A stretch of 64,000 bases of DNA from Raillietiella orientalis (taxonomy: Eukaryota): the NCBI GenBank assembly GCA_036172245.1, contig JAYWIR010000045.1, positions 186,001 through 250,000 on the forward strand, read 5' to 3'. Below are positions 63,801 to 64,000 of the stretch, one piece after another. Each line of letters opens with the position of its first letter. Position 1 is the stretch's first letter. Position numbers and translations under genes: made by a program. The notes under the pieces were generated by a model, which made no database searches, was not told where the DNA came from, and worked only from the letters and a program-made list of their open reading frames with translations.

Positions 63801-64000
63801 CTCACTATTCTTCACGGAGAACGGAGCTTTCTTGGGAATTCATCGTGCTGCACAAAGATATGTGGATATATCCGTTTTAGTGCATCAGTGAAAGCCTGCG
63901 AAGATATCTGAAGCCAGTCTAATAATAGTTCGCTCTAGTTGACAGTGCGCGCTGCGTCCGTGATGAGTGGACACCAGATCGCAAAATCATAGGAGAGACC

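Noticed and set aside
1..64000. CRISPR array, rRNA or snRNA genes
   Set aside because: No regularly spaced repeats and no conserved rRNA/snRNA signatures were recognised.

Overview
Eukaryotic, intron-containing genomic DNA; the taxon cannot be determined from the sequence alone. Most of the window is nested, decayed L1/Tx1-like non-LTR retrotransposons. The best-preserved copy (about 4600-7413) has full RT motifs and a zf-RVT knuckle but is disabled. This family ends in AATAAA plus a short stem-loop, has no long poly(A), and shows 12-15 bp target-site duplications where copies inserted into each other. Five copies of a roughly 650-750 bp tRNA-headed, hairpin-rich SINE-like repeat are dispersed through the window. 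The only host genes I can reconstruct are a tandem pair of 4-exon RNase T2-fold genes (- strand, 30.6-35.5 kb). Both lack the catalytic histidines; one is a predicted type I membrane protein with a YxxL tail and the other is predicted to be soluble. Two about 99%-identical 1.45-kb GC-rich inverted repeats (about 2950-4456 and 41724-43228) bracket about 37 kb that includes these genes. All alignments and structures were read by eye, and boundaries of decayed elements are approximate.
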